Made by a program: the position numbers and the translations under genes. The notes under the pieces are model-generated. The model saw nothing but the letters and a program-made list of their open reading frames with translations. It was not told the DNA's origin and made no database searches. A stretch of DNA of 64,000 nt, taken from Thermoplasmata archaeon. Its GTDB lineage: Archaea > Thermoplasmatota > E2 > DHVEG-1. Positions 42,921-53,633 of the stretch are shown in pieces. The first letter of the stretch is position 1. Each line of letters starts with the position of its first letter. The stretch is from contig JAHWGJ010000004.1 of the NCBI GenBank assembly GCA_020054475.1, positions 5,384 to 69,383 on the forward strand, written 5' to 3'.

Positions 42921-43901
42921 ATGGAAAAAGATCAAATAATTAAAGCAAAAAACATCAAAGAATACTTTCCAATAAGAAAAGGTATATTTTCAACTGTAAA
43001 AGAGTATGTTAAAGCAGTTGATAATGTAAATTTTTATATAAAAAAAGGAGAAACTTTTGGTCTTGTAGGAGAGTCAGGATGCGGGAAAACAACATTGGGT
43101 AGGACTTTAATACAATTAATTCCACCGACTTCTGGAACTGTTTGTTTTATGGGTAAAAATCTTTCAGAAATATCAAAATCAGAATTAAGAAAACTAAGAT
43201 TACACATGCAAATTGTTTTCCAAGACCCGTCATCCTCGTTAAACCCAAGAATGACAGTTAAACAAATTATAGGTGAACCACTAAAAATAAATAAAAAAAT
43301 CAAAAATGAAGAAATAAATAAAAAAGTATTATTATTATTAAAAACAGTTGGATTAGATGAACAACACATGTATCGTTTTCCGCATGAATTTAGTGGAGGA
43401 CAAAAACAAAGAATAGGTGTTGCAAGAGCTCTTGCTTTAAATCCAGATTTTATAGTATTAGATGAACCAACATCAGCTTTAGATGTATCTGTTCAAGCAA
43501 AAATACTAAATCTGTTTAAAGATTTACAAAAAAAATTCAATTTAACATATTTATTTATAACTCATGATTTAAGTGTTATAAAATACATAAGCGATAGAGT
43601 AGCAGTAATGTATGCTGGTAAAATAGTCGAATTATCAACCACAAAAGAATTATTTAAAAAACAACTTCATCCATATTCAATTGCTCTACTATGTTGTATA
43701 CCTATTCCAGATCCGAAAATAAAAAAAGAATTTATTGTAATAAAAGGTGAAGTACCTAGCCTAATTAATCCTCCGCCAGGTTGTAAATTTCATCCAAGAT
43801 GTCCCAAAAGAATTTCAATATGTAAAAAAATTGAACCTGAATTAATTGAAATAAAAAAAGAACATTTTGTAGCATGTCACTTATATCAAAAAAAAGTATG
43901 A
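42921..43901 (+). CDS. ABC transporter ATP-binding protein (DppF-like paralog)
   Basis: GESGCGKT, FSGGQKQR, FIVLDEPTSALD. Confidence 0.85.
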   Translation: MEKDQIIKAKNIKEYFPIRKGIFSTVKEYVKAVDNVNFYIKKGETFGLVGESGCGKTTLGRTLIQLIPPTSGTVCFMGKNLSEISKSELRKLRLHMQIVFQDPSSSLNPRMTVKQIIGEPLKINKKIKNEEINKKVLLLLKTVGLDEQHMYRFPHEFSGGQKQRIGVARALALNPDFIVLDEPTSALDVSVQAKILNLFKDLQKKFNLTYLFITHDLSVIKYISDRVAVMYAGKIVELSTTKELFKKQLHPYSIALLCCIPIPDPKIKKEFIVIKGEVPSLINPPPGCKFHPRCPKRISICKKIEPELIEIKKEHFVACHLYQKKV

Positions 43902-43931
43902 TATTTTTTATTTAAAATTAATGGTAATTTT

Positions 43932-44258
43932 ATGAATTCAAGATGGGATAAGAAATTAGAAATTGTAGAAAATACCTTTAAAAGATATTCTGAAAGAAGA
44001 AGAAAAAATATTTATCAAAGTCTATTAAGACCTTTATATCAAGAAATTCTAAAATGTATTTTTTTTATAATAACTATGATTTTTAATACTTTTTTATTAT
44101 TAGAAATCATTATAATTTTTAATTACCCATTAAATGTAATTATTTTTTTAATATCAATTTTACCCCTTTTTTATATTGAAATAAAAATTTACAATATTTA
44201 TTGGGGGACTAAAGGAAAATGGTCAATTAATAAATATAAAAAGATAAAAAAGAAATAG
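43932..44258 (+). CDS. Small membrane protein
   Basis: ORF only. Two hydrophobic helices. Confidence 0.25.
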   Translation: MNSRWDKKLEIVENTFKRYSERRRKNIYQSLLRPLYQEILKCIFFIITMIFNTFLLLEIIIIFNYPLNVIIFLISILPLFYIEIKIYNIYWGTKGKWSINKYKKIKKK

Positions 44259-44271
44259 AAAAAGATTATTA

Positions 44272-45297
44272 CTAAATTGTTTTAATGTAATATGCAATAC
44301 ACGAGGCTATTATGTATAAAAGACCATCGCCATCTCCTTGATCAAAGTAACCAGAAAAATATAAAAATGCAGCGACTAAAGCAATAGGTATTGCTAGTAT
44401 TATAAGTACTCCAATAATAGATAATCCCACTGCAAATATACTTCCTAATAAGGATCCTATTGCGATTGATAAAAAAGCTGAAATAGCGGCAAAAATCGGC
44501 GCTCCAATACTAGCTAAAGTCTTGATAATATTCTTACTTAATACTCCAAGAGAAATTATATATAATCCTGCCAATAGTAAAATTGTTTGAATATCCGCTA
44601 ATATCAATACAATAATGCCAATGATTGCTCCAATAGTTTTTATTAGACCTCCAAATAAAGTAAAAAATCCTTGCAATAATGCTTTTAAAATTGTAATAAT
44701 AAATTGTAATACAGTTAATATTAATGATATTATATTTTGAAATGCACCGTTATCTAATAATAAATAACTATCTTTATTTATATCTTCATTGTTATAAAAT
44801 TTGTTGGTAAAAACATTGTCAATTTTTAATAAATAACTTTTTATGATATTTAATGAGTCATATTCTTTATTATTTAACTCATTATCATTTTGAATAATAT
44901 TAATATTATTTGAAAGTGAAGAAATACACTCTTTAGTTTCTATTATAACAACTTTTTCATCAATAATATTATTTTGATCTATTTCAGAAACGGTATTTAT
45001 AAAATCTGTATTATGATTTGAACTACCAATCATATCAATTTCTAATCCAATTATTTGAGTAAATATATAAAGTTCATTTATTGTTGTTGATTCATATTCT
45101 TTTTTATTCAAATCAAAATTTTTTGATATCAAATCAATTATAATTTCATTTTGTTTTAATTCATCTATTTTTTCAATTGCTATTGAGCCATTAACTTGAG
45201 GCACTGCAGTAGCAGAGGAAATAAATAATAAAGAAATCATGATTGAAAATAGGATAATGCTCTTTCTCTCAAATCCAAAATACTTAGATTTATTCAT
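44272..45297 (-). CDS. Secreted/membrane protein with an N-rich low-complexity ectodomain and a C-terminal multi-TM region
   Basis: Signal peptide. About 5 C-terminal TM helices. Confidence 0.35.
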   Translation of the reverse strand: MNKSKYFGFERKSIILFSIMISLLFISSATAVPQVNGSIAIEKIDELKQNEIIIDLISKNFDLNKKEYESTTINELYIFTQIIGLEIDMIGSSNHNTDFINTVSEIDQNNIIDEKVVIIETKECISSLSNNINIIQNDNELNNKEYDSLNIIKSYLLKIDNVFTNKFYNNEDINKDSYLLLDNGAFQNIISLILTVLQFIITILKALLQGFFTLFGGLIKTIGAIIGIIVLILADIQTILLLAGLYIISLGVLSKNIIKTLASIGAPIFAAISAFLSIAIGSLLGSIFAVGLSIIGVLIILAIPIALVAAFLYFSGYFDQGDGDGLLYIIASCIAYYIKTI

Positions 45298-45411
45298 GCT
45301 TTTTTTACCTCCTATATTTAAATAATATTATTTGTTTATAAAATAATAGTTAACAAAGTATATAAATTATTCTATATAACTCTGTCCGATATTAAAAAAG
45401 ATTTATTTAAT

Positions 45412-46680
45412 TCAAATATTATCCATTTTTTTTAATTTTGAAAATATGATGTCTCTAATAAGTTCATTACATTCTATATTAATATTTATATCATCACCAT
45501 AAGAAATTTCAAATACATTTGCTTTATCATAAATCCAGTTTATTAACGTTTGAGTTTTTTTATTATTTGCTAATTTAATATTAAATTTTACTATATTAGG
45601 TAAAGAACTATAAATTCCATCCAATAATTTAGTAATATTTATTTTTTTATTAACTGATATAGGAATAATTTTCCTATCTTTTGATAACTCATTATTATTC
45701 AAAAAATCGATTTTATTTTTAAGATTTTTACTAGATATTAAATCAATTTTATTTAATATAATTAAAATTGATGATTTAACGCCAATTTCAATTAATTCAT
45801 TGTAAGATGTTTTTAATTTTTTTTTAAAAATTTCAAAATCATCACTAACATCAACAACTAATAAAACAATATCTGATACTTCAATTTCTTCTAAAGTTGA
45901 GTGAAAAGCATTAATCATCCATGCAGGAAGCTTTTCAATAAAACCGACAGTGTCCGTAATTAAAATTGGAATATTATTATTTTCAATTTTTCGGATTGTG
46001 GTTGATAAAGTTGAAAATAATTTTTCTTCAACTTTAATTTTTTCGTTTGATAAAAGATTCAGAATGCTACTTTTTCCTGCATTTGTATATCCTGCTAAAG
46101 ATAATAAATAATAACCACTAAAATGTCTATTTTTTCTAAGTATTTTTCTTTTAATTTCAATTTTATTTAAATTTTTTTTAATTTTTTTAATTTGTTTTTT
46201 TATCATTTCAAAATAATCATCAACTTGATATTCACCACCCGCCATAAAACCCGGATGCTCTCCACTTCTTGCTCGATGGATGAGTTCCTTAACAAATGGT
46301 TTTTCATACTGAAGCTCAGCTAATCTTACTTGTAATTTAGCTTCTTTTTTATCTGCTCGTTCTTTAAAAATTTCTAATATTAATCTAATACGGTCATAAA
46401 CATTAACATTTAATTTTTTTTCAAGATTAAACCACTGAGATGGTTTTAATTTTCCATCGATAACAATTAAATCAATAATTTCATTACTATTATTAATAAA
46501 ATTTTTAATTTCTTCAAGTTTACCTTGACCTATATAACTATTTACATCAGGTTTTTTTCTATTTTGAATAAAAGTTTTATACACCTCATATCCAAGTGTA
46601 TTTGTTAATTGCTCAATTTCAAGCATATCATCAATTATAGAAATAATAATTGCTTTTCTTTTTTCATTATATATAACCAT
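45412..46680 (-). CDS. hflX: GTPase HflX
   Basis: HflX N-terminal domain, then G1 GYTNAGKSS, G3 DTVGF, G4 NKID. Confidence 0.8.
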   Translation of the reverse strand: MVIYNEKRKAIIISIIDDMLEIEQLTNTLGYEVYKTFIQNRKKPDVNSYIGQGKLEEIKNFINNSNEIIDLIVIDGKLKPSQWFNLEKKLNVNVYDRIRLILEIFKERADKKEAKLQVRLAELQYEKPFVKELIHRARSGEHPGFMAGGEYQVDDYFEMIKKQIKKIKKNLNKIEIKRKILRKNRHFSGYYLLSLAGYTNAGKSSILNLLSNEKIKVEEKLFSTLSTTIRKIENNNIPILITDTVGFIEKLPAWMINAFHSTLEEIEVSDIVLLVVDVSDDFEIFKKKLKTSYNELIEIGVKSSILIILNKIDLISSKNLKNKIDFLNNNELSKDRKIIPISVNKKINITKLLDGIYSSLPNIVKFNIKLANNKKTQTLINWIYDKANVFEISYGDDININIECNELIRDIIFSKLKKMDNI

Positions 46681-46789
46681 TGAATTTCAATCTATTAAAG
46701 AAATCCAAATACATTAAATCTACTATTGATGTTAAAAATTCGAATATCAAAAAGTTTTAATCATTTTAAATAATAACCTAAGTGAAACA

Positions 46790-48124
46790 ATGGAAGATGA
46801 TCTAAATATATTGGGGGTTATACCTTCAGATAGAAAAAAATTAGAAAACATGGGAATTACAAAAATTCCACAAATAGCAATGATGTCTGTTAATTCTCTT
46901 GGGATGGGAAATAGTAAAGGGAACATGCTCATACAAAGAGCTAGAAATATAATTGCAAATGATAATATCGCGGATATTGATATTATAGATGATGATCATA
47001 TTACTGTTAAAGTAAAAAGAATAGATAGAGCAATTATAAAATCAGTATTAAACGCATTAGATATTTATTCCGCTAAATGGGGAAATGCTGCATTAAAAAC
47101 TGAAGGGAATATCTTAAAAATTTCAAGAAATTCTCAAGCCTTTGATAAAATTATATCAAAAGCAAAAACATTATCAGAAATTATTGAAATTAAAAAAATT
47201 GAAGAAAGAGAAAAAATTGGAATATATTTACCAGATGAAGAACTAATTGAATTTGCAAAAAAAAGAGGTTTTAAAGGTTTTTGGAAAAACGTTTTTCAAG
47301 AAATTCATGGTAATGACATAATGAAAAAGGTAATTTCATCAAGCATGTTCTCGACTTTTAGGGATCCAATTCACTCATTAATAATAGGCGAGCCAGGTAG
47401 CAGCAAAACAATGGCAAAGGAAATAATAAGTGAACAATTTGATGATATAACTAATATTGGTGCAAACACTACTAGATCTGGTTTAGTCTGTAACTTAGGA
47501 ACTGGCGATTTAGGGGCCTTATCACACTCAAATAATAAATTAGTATTAGTTGATGAATTTGATAAAATTCCAGAAGAAGATATTGAATATTGCTATGAAT
47601 TATTATCTAATGGGAAGTGTAGTGTTCATTCTGCTAAAATTCATCAAAATATTGAAAGTGAATTTATTATGATAGCTTTTGCAAATCCAAAATCAAAAGT
47701 ATTCCGTAAAAACGCAATTTTAGATATAGGGTTATCGCCTTTATTAGTTAGTAGATGCGCATTAATTGTTAGAGTAAAAAATATATCAAAAAGCGACAGA
47801 CTAAACTTATTTGAAAAAAAATTTTATGGTGCTGGAGAAATTGAAGAAAAACATGAATATTATAATCAATGGATGCGATTATCTAGAACGTATAATCCAG
47901 AAATAATAGCATCTGAAAAAATAGTAAAAAAATATATAAATAATATGAGTGAAATTGTTGAAAAATATTATTCAACAAACCTCCGAAGAGATCTAAGAAT
48001 GGCGGACTATATAAGAAGAATACCATTATCAATTGCTCGTTCATCTTTTTCATCTGTAAATAATGATATAATTGAAGAAGCAGGAAATATTATTGAAGAT
48101 TCAATTAATACATGGAACGAATAA
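46790..48124 (+). CDS. Mini-MCM: MCM-type AAA+ ATPase core with an N-terminal helix-hairpin-helix region. Lacks the MCM N-terminal zinc/OB domains.
   Basis: Walker A IIGEPGSSKT, Walker B LVDEFDKI, sensor-1 IAFANPKSK, Arg-finger-like LLVSRCALIV, and a lid R-rich helix RRDLRMADYIRRIPLSIARS. N-terminus LGVIPSDRKKLENMGITKIPQIAMMS is HhH-like. Confidence 0.6.
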   Translation: MEDDLNILGVIPSDRKKLENMGITKIPQIAMMSVNSLGMGNSKGNMLIQRARNIIANDNIADIDIIDDDHITVKVKRIDRAIIKSVLNALDIYSAKWGNAALKTEGNILKISRNSQAFDKIISKAKTLSEIIEIKKIEEREKIGIYLPDEELIEFAKKRGFKGFWKNVFQEIHGNDIMKKVISSSMFSTFRDPIHSLIIGEPGSSKTMAKEIISEQFDDITNIGANTTRSGLVCNLGTGDLGALSHSNNKLVLVDEFDKIPEEDIEYCYELLSNGKCSVHSAKIHQNIESEFIMIAFANPKSKVFRKNAILDIGLSPLLVSRCALIVRVKNISKSDRLNLFEKKFYGAGEIEEKHEYYNQWMRLSRTYNPEIIASEKIVKKYINNMSEIVEKYYSTNLRRDLRMADYIRRIPLSIARSSFSSVNNDIIEEAGNIIEDSINTWNE

Positions 48125-48324
48125 AAATAATACTAATTTATCTTGTTAAATAAGTTAATTAATGGTGTGATAAATTATAAATATAACCTATTGAATATTA
48201 TATATTGTAACAGCGGGGGGTAATAAATAGAAGCAATTATTGTGAAATAAAATGAATTTTTTATTATTTATGCTCCTATTTTATTATTTGTATTATTTCC
48301 ATATTACATACCTCCGTTTAAGAC

Positions 48325-48356
48325 GGAAGTGGGGAAAATTAATTTTTCCCACTCCT
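48325..48356. other. Imperfect ~15-bp hairpin GGAAGTGGGGAAAATT / AATTTTTCCCACTCC
   Basis: Seen in sequence about 200 nt downstream of the mini-MCM stop. Confidence 0.3.
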
Positions 48357-48649
48357 TTCTAAATATTCGCATATAAAAAAAAAATGAATAAATCTAATAT
48401 CAAAGATAATAAACCAACAATCAAATAAGTAATATCTATAAACTATCCTTCTAACTACAAAAATATAAAAATCAATTTCTTGAAAACATAACTTAAAAAA
48501 TATAATTGGGGAGATAAAAAATAATTTCAATATTTTGGGAGGTAAACATGAAAAAATTTTTCCTCTTATACTTTGCTTAGAATTCTGATTACATAATAAC
48601 TCAATAAAATTACTTCTCACAATTTAATTTGAATAAAAAATCTGAGAAT

Positions 48650-49700
48650 TATAAATAAATGATGAATCAAAAAATTAAACTATCTTCCTATAACCATTTT
48701 TCCTAAGATTCCTCTGTCTTTCATGTAATTCTTGATATCTTCTATCTTTATGTCTTAAAAAATTATTCAACAAATTAAAACCCCCTAATATAATAATACA
48801 ACCTTAAACCTAAAAACTACCTAATAGATTCTCATAATAACTCTTTATAACATTGTAACGAGCTAATTCCAACTGTTTTTTCAATAAACCGTTTTTCAAC
48901 ATTATAATATATAAGAGCCTCATACTATAACTAATTTACGTAAATTGTCGTAATATATATACGTTTATTAACGTAATTTTACAATAATGAAAAAAAAATA
49001 GAATCAGGAGAGAGAAAAACCTTCCCTCCAAAAACTACCTTTTTTACCTCCGAAAAAACTAAATAAAACAAAAAACTAACAGAAAAATCTACTAAATAAT
49101 TCTCATACTATAGTAATATCACTGTAGCCGTTAGCCGTCTTAATTTCAACTGTTTTTTTGATAATCTTCCATGTCTACGCATAAAATAACATATGCTGCA
49201 CCTAGTATAACTAATTGCCGATATAAAATTCGATATATGACGAATTTTAATAAATATTCTTTTTAATACTAATTATTTGACAATAAAATACAACAATAAA
49301 AATTTATCAAAATCAGAAATATATTTCTTAAAATTCTCATAAACATAACGCAACAACAACTAATTAGCTAAATTAACCGTTTCATACTACTCTTAAATAT
49401 CAATATTTTAAATAAATCTATCATAATAATCATTCATTACAACATTTATATAATAATCTAAAGCTACCTTATTACGCCTTTTAAAATTGCCTTCTATCTT
49501 ATCATAATAAAAAATTCTAAAATTTTTTCGAATTAAACAAGGAATGGATTCAAGTGAACTATTATCTAAAAACCTTCAAAAACCTCAACCTAATTCATTA
49601 TTTCAACCATTTCTATTATTTTGAAATAAATAACAAAATATTTATTCCAATCAAATATTAAAGATAAGAATATATAAAACTTACAAACTCAATAAAATAT
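48650..49700. repeat. G-depleted (+ strand) non-coding block with at least two degenerate ~170-bp direct repeat units (about 48800-48965 and 49085-49260) and a possible third partial unit near 49330
   Basis: Shared strings include ttctcata-taa, ttccaactgtttttt / tttcaactgttttttt, and actataactaatttacg / agtataactaattgccg. No ORF larger than the 48339..48620 artefact. Confidence 0.45.
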
Positions 49701-49732
49701 TGTGAGTCTAAAACTATAATGTTGGTGAAATA

Positions 49733-49924
49733 GTGAGAGATGGTGCAAATTACATTAAACAATTTGAATCTGAGGAAATTAAAAAAATTATTAATCTTAT
49801 ATATGATAGTAAACCAGAAAAAATTGAATTCAGTGATTCAATAAAACAAAAACACTTGGAAGTAATTAATTATGTAGATTCACTTGAAAAACCAAAGATT
49901 AGTTTTTGGAAGAAAAAAAGATAA
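49733..49924 (+). CDS. Small hypothetical protein
   Basis: ORF only. Confidence 0.2.
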   Translation: MRDGANYIKQFESEEIKKIINLIYDSKPEKIEFSDSIKQKHLEVINYVDSLEKPKISFWKKKR

Positions 49925-50109
49925 TTTCACATTAATTTTAATAATTTATTTTCATTTATAATTATTACAAAGATTTAAATACTCAATTATCAAATACATG
50001 ATTAGAAATCTAAAATTAATTTTGTAAATTAAATACATAATAATTATTTTATTATATACAATAAATCTTCTAAAATATTAGATTATTTATTAAGATTTAG
50101 GAATAAATT

Positions 50110-50457
50110 ATGAAATATGATGAATTATTAAATAAAAAAAAGGAATTAAAAAAAATTATTATTAATTCAAATTTTAACAATAAAAATGAAAAATATTATG
50201 AAGGATTCAAAAAAGGAGTATTAGAATCCGTTAATTTATTTAATTCTACAATTGCTTTTTATAAACAATATAAAGATGACGTTAAATTATTGATGAAGGA
50301 GCAAAATAAACTTTGGCTTAAATGGGTTGACTATTATAATGGTCAAACAAGTATAGATAATTCAAATTATAAAAATCGATACAATAAATGGCTTTTTGAT
50401 AATATTTTTTCAAATATAAAAACAGAAGAAAATGAGGAATTATTAGAATTATTTTAA
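50110..50457 (+). CDS. Small hypothetical protein
   Basis: ORF only. K/N-rich helical. Confidence 0.25.
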   Translation: MKYDELLNKKKELKKIIINSNFNNKNEKYYEGFKKGVLESVNLFNSTIAFYKQYKDDVKLLMKEQNKLWLKWVDYYNGQTSIDNSNYKNRYNKWLFDNIFSNIKTEENEELLELF

Positions 50458-50462
50458 AATAT

Positions 50463-50732
50463 TTATTTTGTTATTTGATTTGAATTATTGTGGTTTCTTA
50501 TTTCATCAAAATATCTGCGGCAACTTCTTTTAATTTGAGCAAGTTGTTGTTGGGGAATTTTATAGGATTGTTGAGTTAATTCAAGGGCAAATATTAAACC
50601 ATGTACGAATGCTCCAGGATTATAATTTTTCTCATTACTAAGCTTAAATATTTCATCAGTTATTTTCATTGCATCTTCAATAGTATATGAAGTTTCAATT
50701 TTCTTGTCATCCTCTTTAGATATTTCAGTCAT
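50463..50732 (-). CDS. Small hypothetical protein
   Basis: ORF only. Confidence 0.25.
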   Translation of the reverse strand: MTEISKEDDKKIETSYTIEDAMKITDEIFKLSNEKNYNPGAFVHGLIFALELTQQSYKIPQQQLAQIKRSCRRYFDEIRNHNNSNQITK

Positions 50733-50855
50733 AAAATTACATTCAAACTTAGCTATAAATAAATTTGTTTTATAGGATATTATTTAAATTTATACTGTTT
50801 TTTCTTAATGTTTATAAACTATAAATGTATTCTTTTATGTAGTGCGTGATAATAT

Positions 50856-51059
50856 ATGAATGAAGAAGATAAAAAAGAATTTTTAGAAGATTTTCGAAAA
50901 GCAAATGGAGATGCAAAACTTGATATGTGGTATTACGCACTTGAACAAGAAGTTTTATGGGAATCAATATTAGCAGATATGTCAGAAATTGCAAAAGAAC
51001 AAAAAATGGATAAAAAATTAGACGACATGATGAAAGAAGATATTAAAAAAATTTCATAA
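50856..51059 (+). CDS. Small acidic hypothetical protein
   Basis: ORF only. Confidence 0.2.
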   Translation: MNEEDKKEFLEDFRKANGDAKLDMWYYALEQEVLWESILADMSEIAKEQKMDKKLDDMMKEDIKKIS

Positions 51060-51451
51060 TACTTTAAAATATTTTTCTTCTAGATTATAATAATAAATTT
51101 TTGTTTTATAGCATAAATATTAGTATATTTAATTGTTAGATATTAACAATAATTCTTTATTAAATGGAGGTAATAATTTGGATAAAATTGAAATAATAAG
51201 AAGAGCAGAGAATGCTATTTTATGGTTAGAAAATGCTGAGCGAGCTGTAGTTGATGCTAAGGAAGATATAATCAAATTAATTGAAGAGGCGAAAAAATAA
51301 TATTTTTTTTTCAATTAAGATTTGACATGACATTTAATACAAACATTATGTTTTATATCAAAACAATTTCTACAAACTAACGTCCCGCATAATATACAAG
51401 TAAACAATACACTAGGTTTTCCACAAATATTACATAAACCAGAAATTTCCA

Positions 51452-52195
51452 TTATTTTTCACCAATTATAATTAATTTTTTAGTTAAATCATCTAAAGGA
51501 AGATCAGTAGTAACAAGAGGGATATCTTCCCTTTCAGCTAATTTAACAGCAAGTTGGTCAACAGCTCCGGGTTTATGATATACTACTATTGTAGGTTTAA
51601 CTGGATGCACCCGAACAGCAATCATGGGACTTCGTCCATATCGTATGCCCGTAAATATTAGCGCTCTTTCAGGGGACCAACCATAGAGATTTGCATAATC
51701 AATTGGGGTAATATTTTCAATTATTTTAATACTATCAACAAGAGTAAAACCCTTTACTTTTTTCTTGAAGCCAATTTTTCCAGAAGTTAAAATATTCCCA
51801 TTTATATTATTAATAAAATTTTCTACTGTAACTGCATATGGATATTCCATAATTTCAATAATTCCATCATGTGTCGTAACCATTGAATCATATTGATGTA
51901 TTATTTTTCCTCCAAGGTTTTCATCGATTTTAATAAACCCTTCGATTATTTTTTTAACAGTTTGAATTCCCGGAGATTTTCTTCTACCTGATTCATAGTC
52001 ACTTATTACGCTAGGTGATAAATTTAAATAAGAAGCAAGCTCGGTTTGACTTATTCCAAAAATATTCCTCCATTTTCTAATAGTTTTTCCGGGTTTAGGG
52101 CTAAGAGTTATTTCGCCAGCAATTTTTTCTGATAAAATATCTTTTACATCCATCTTATTTCTCCATAGGTTTAAATTTATATCCATAATGTTCAA
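51452..52195 (-). CDS. XRE-family HTH transcriptional regulator with a C-terminal uncharacterised domain
   Basis: ISQTELASYLNLSPSVISDYESGRR is an HTH_3-type helix-turn-helix. Divergent from the integrase gene. Confidence 0.5.
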   Translation of the reverse strand: MNIMDINLNLWRNKMDVKDILSEKIAGEITLSPKPGKTIRKWRNIFGISQTELASYLNLSPSVISDYESGRRKSPGIQTVKKIIEGFIKIDENLGGKIIHQYDSMVTTHDGIIEIMEYPYAVTVENFINNINGNILTSGKIGFKKKVKGFTLVDSIKIIENITPIDYANLYGWSPERALIFTGIRYGRSPMIAVRVHPVKPTIVVYHKPGAVDQLAVKLAEREDIPLVTTDLPLDDLTKKLIIIGEK

Positions 52196-52238
52196 AGTGG
52201 GAATATATTAATATAATACTTTTTCTATAACATATATT

Positions 52239-53633
52239 GTGGTTCATATGGTTACTACTCCTTATGATGTCGATAGATATATCGTCAATATGTTAAATAA
52301 TTTTCGTAATAAATCGCATAAAAAAGATGCTGAAGAATACCTATTTATTAGAGAAAGAATAGACAAAGTAAACAACTATACTAGACGAAATGATGTACAA
52401 GCTCTTTTATCCCTTGATTTTTTCCTAAAAGGTAAATCCTACGAAAAAGCAACACAAGATGATATACTTGCCTTTGAACAATATCTGGAAAAAGAATATG
52501 TAAGTCCTGGTAAAAAAGAAAGATACGAAAAAACAATAAAAGCAGGGAATGAAGCAATAAGACCAAAGGTTGGCCTTGACTCTGGATCAGTAGAACAATA
52601 TGAAGCACATATCAAAAGATTCTATAAATATCTATCAAATAAAAATGAATATAAGAAAGGGAAAAGATTTCAGAAAAATATTCCTTATCCGAATAGTGTT
52701 TCATGGATTTCTGCAAGTTCTCAAAATAGTAAAGAATTTCCAATTGACAAACTATTGAAAGAAGAAGAACTTCTTAAACTCCTAAATATGTGTGATAATA
52801 CAAGGGATAAAGCCATGATCTCTGCTGGATTTTATGATGCAGGATTGAGGATAGGGGAATTAATTTCATTAAATATACGAAGCGTAGGTTTTGATAAATT
52901 AGGTGGATATTTTATTTTGCCAAAAAAGGGAGAAAATCTTAAAACAGGCGTGAGGCGAATTAGATTATTTATTATGCCAAGTTCAACTAAATATCTCAAG
53001 GATTTTATTAATAATCATCCATTCAAAAAATATGAGGATGCACCATTATTTTTCACCCAGAATTATTCAACATTTAATAAGATAATCAATAAAATTAATA
53101 ATAATACTTTTAAAAAGGATGATTTTGAGGAAGTAAGACTATCAAGACCAGGCATTGAAAACAAGATTAAAAAATATTGTAATCTTGCAGGAATCTCAGT
53201 TCTTACCCCGCATCAATTAAGACATAATTCTGCAACTCTTTCTTGTAAAGCAGGATTTAATGAAGCACAAATGAGGTTGCGATATGGATGGAGTAAAACA
53301 TCAAAGATGCCGAGTAGATATACTCATCTTGTATCTGCTGATCTTGATGAAAAAATAAAACAGATTACTGGTTTTAAAGAACCTGATAAACCATTGAAGA
53401 GTAAACTTGAGAGTATAATCTGTTGGAATTGTAATGATGAGAATGTACCGACTAATAAGTTCTGTTCAATGTGTGGGAGCAATCTTAATCCCAAAAAAGA
53501 AGAAATTACTCCAACTGCTGCAGAAACTGGAATTGCATTACAAAAAAGCATGAATCAAGATGAAATGTATCAACTAATGTTTAAGAAATTACAGGATATG
53601 GAAAAAGAACTTAAAAAGCTAAAAAATAAATAA
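52239..53633 (+). CDS. Tyrosine recombinase / phage-type integrase with a C-terminal zinc-ribbon tail
   Basis: Catalytic-box residues: LRIGELISL (Arg), HQLRHNSATL (HxxR), SKMPSRYTHL (Tyr). C-terminal CWNC...CSMCG. Confidence 0.7.
   Translation: MVHMVTTPYDVDRYIVNMLNNFRNKSHKKDAEEYLFIRERIDKVNNYTRRNDVQALLSLDFFLKGKSYEKATQDDILAFEQYLEKEYVSPGKKERYEKTIKAGNEAIRPKVGLDSGSVEQYEAHIKRFYKYLSNKNEYKKGKRFQKNIPYPNSVSWISASSQNSKEFPIDKLLKEEELLKLLNMCDNTRDKAMISAGFYDAGLRIGELISLNIRSVGFDKLGGYFILPKKGENLKTGVRRIRLFIMPSSTKYLKDFINNHPFKKYEDAPLFFTQNYSTFNKIINKINNNTFKKDDFEEVRLSRPGIENKIKKYCNLAGISVLTPHQLRHNSATLSCKAGFNEAQMRLRYGWSKTSKMPSRYTHLVSADLDEKIKQITGFKEPDKPLKSKLESIICWNCNDENVPTNKFCSMCGSNLNPKKEEITPTAAETGIALQKSMNQDEMYQLMFKKLQDMEKELKKLKNK

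Noticed and set aside
48339-48620. 93-aa minus-strand ORF in the non-coding block after the mini-MCM
   Set aside because: Low-complexity F/I-rich translation, no start context, and it overlaps the hairpin/palindrome region. Most likely a spurious ORF in AT-rich DNA.
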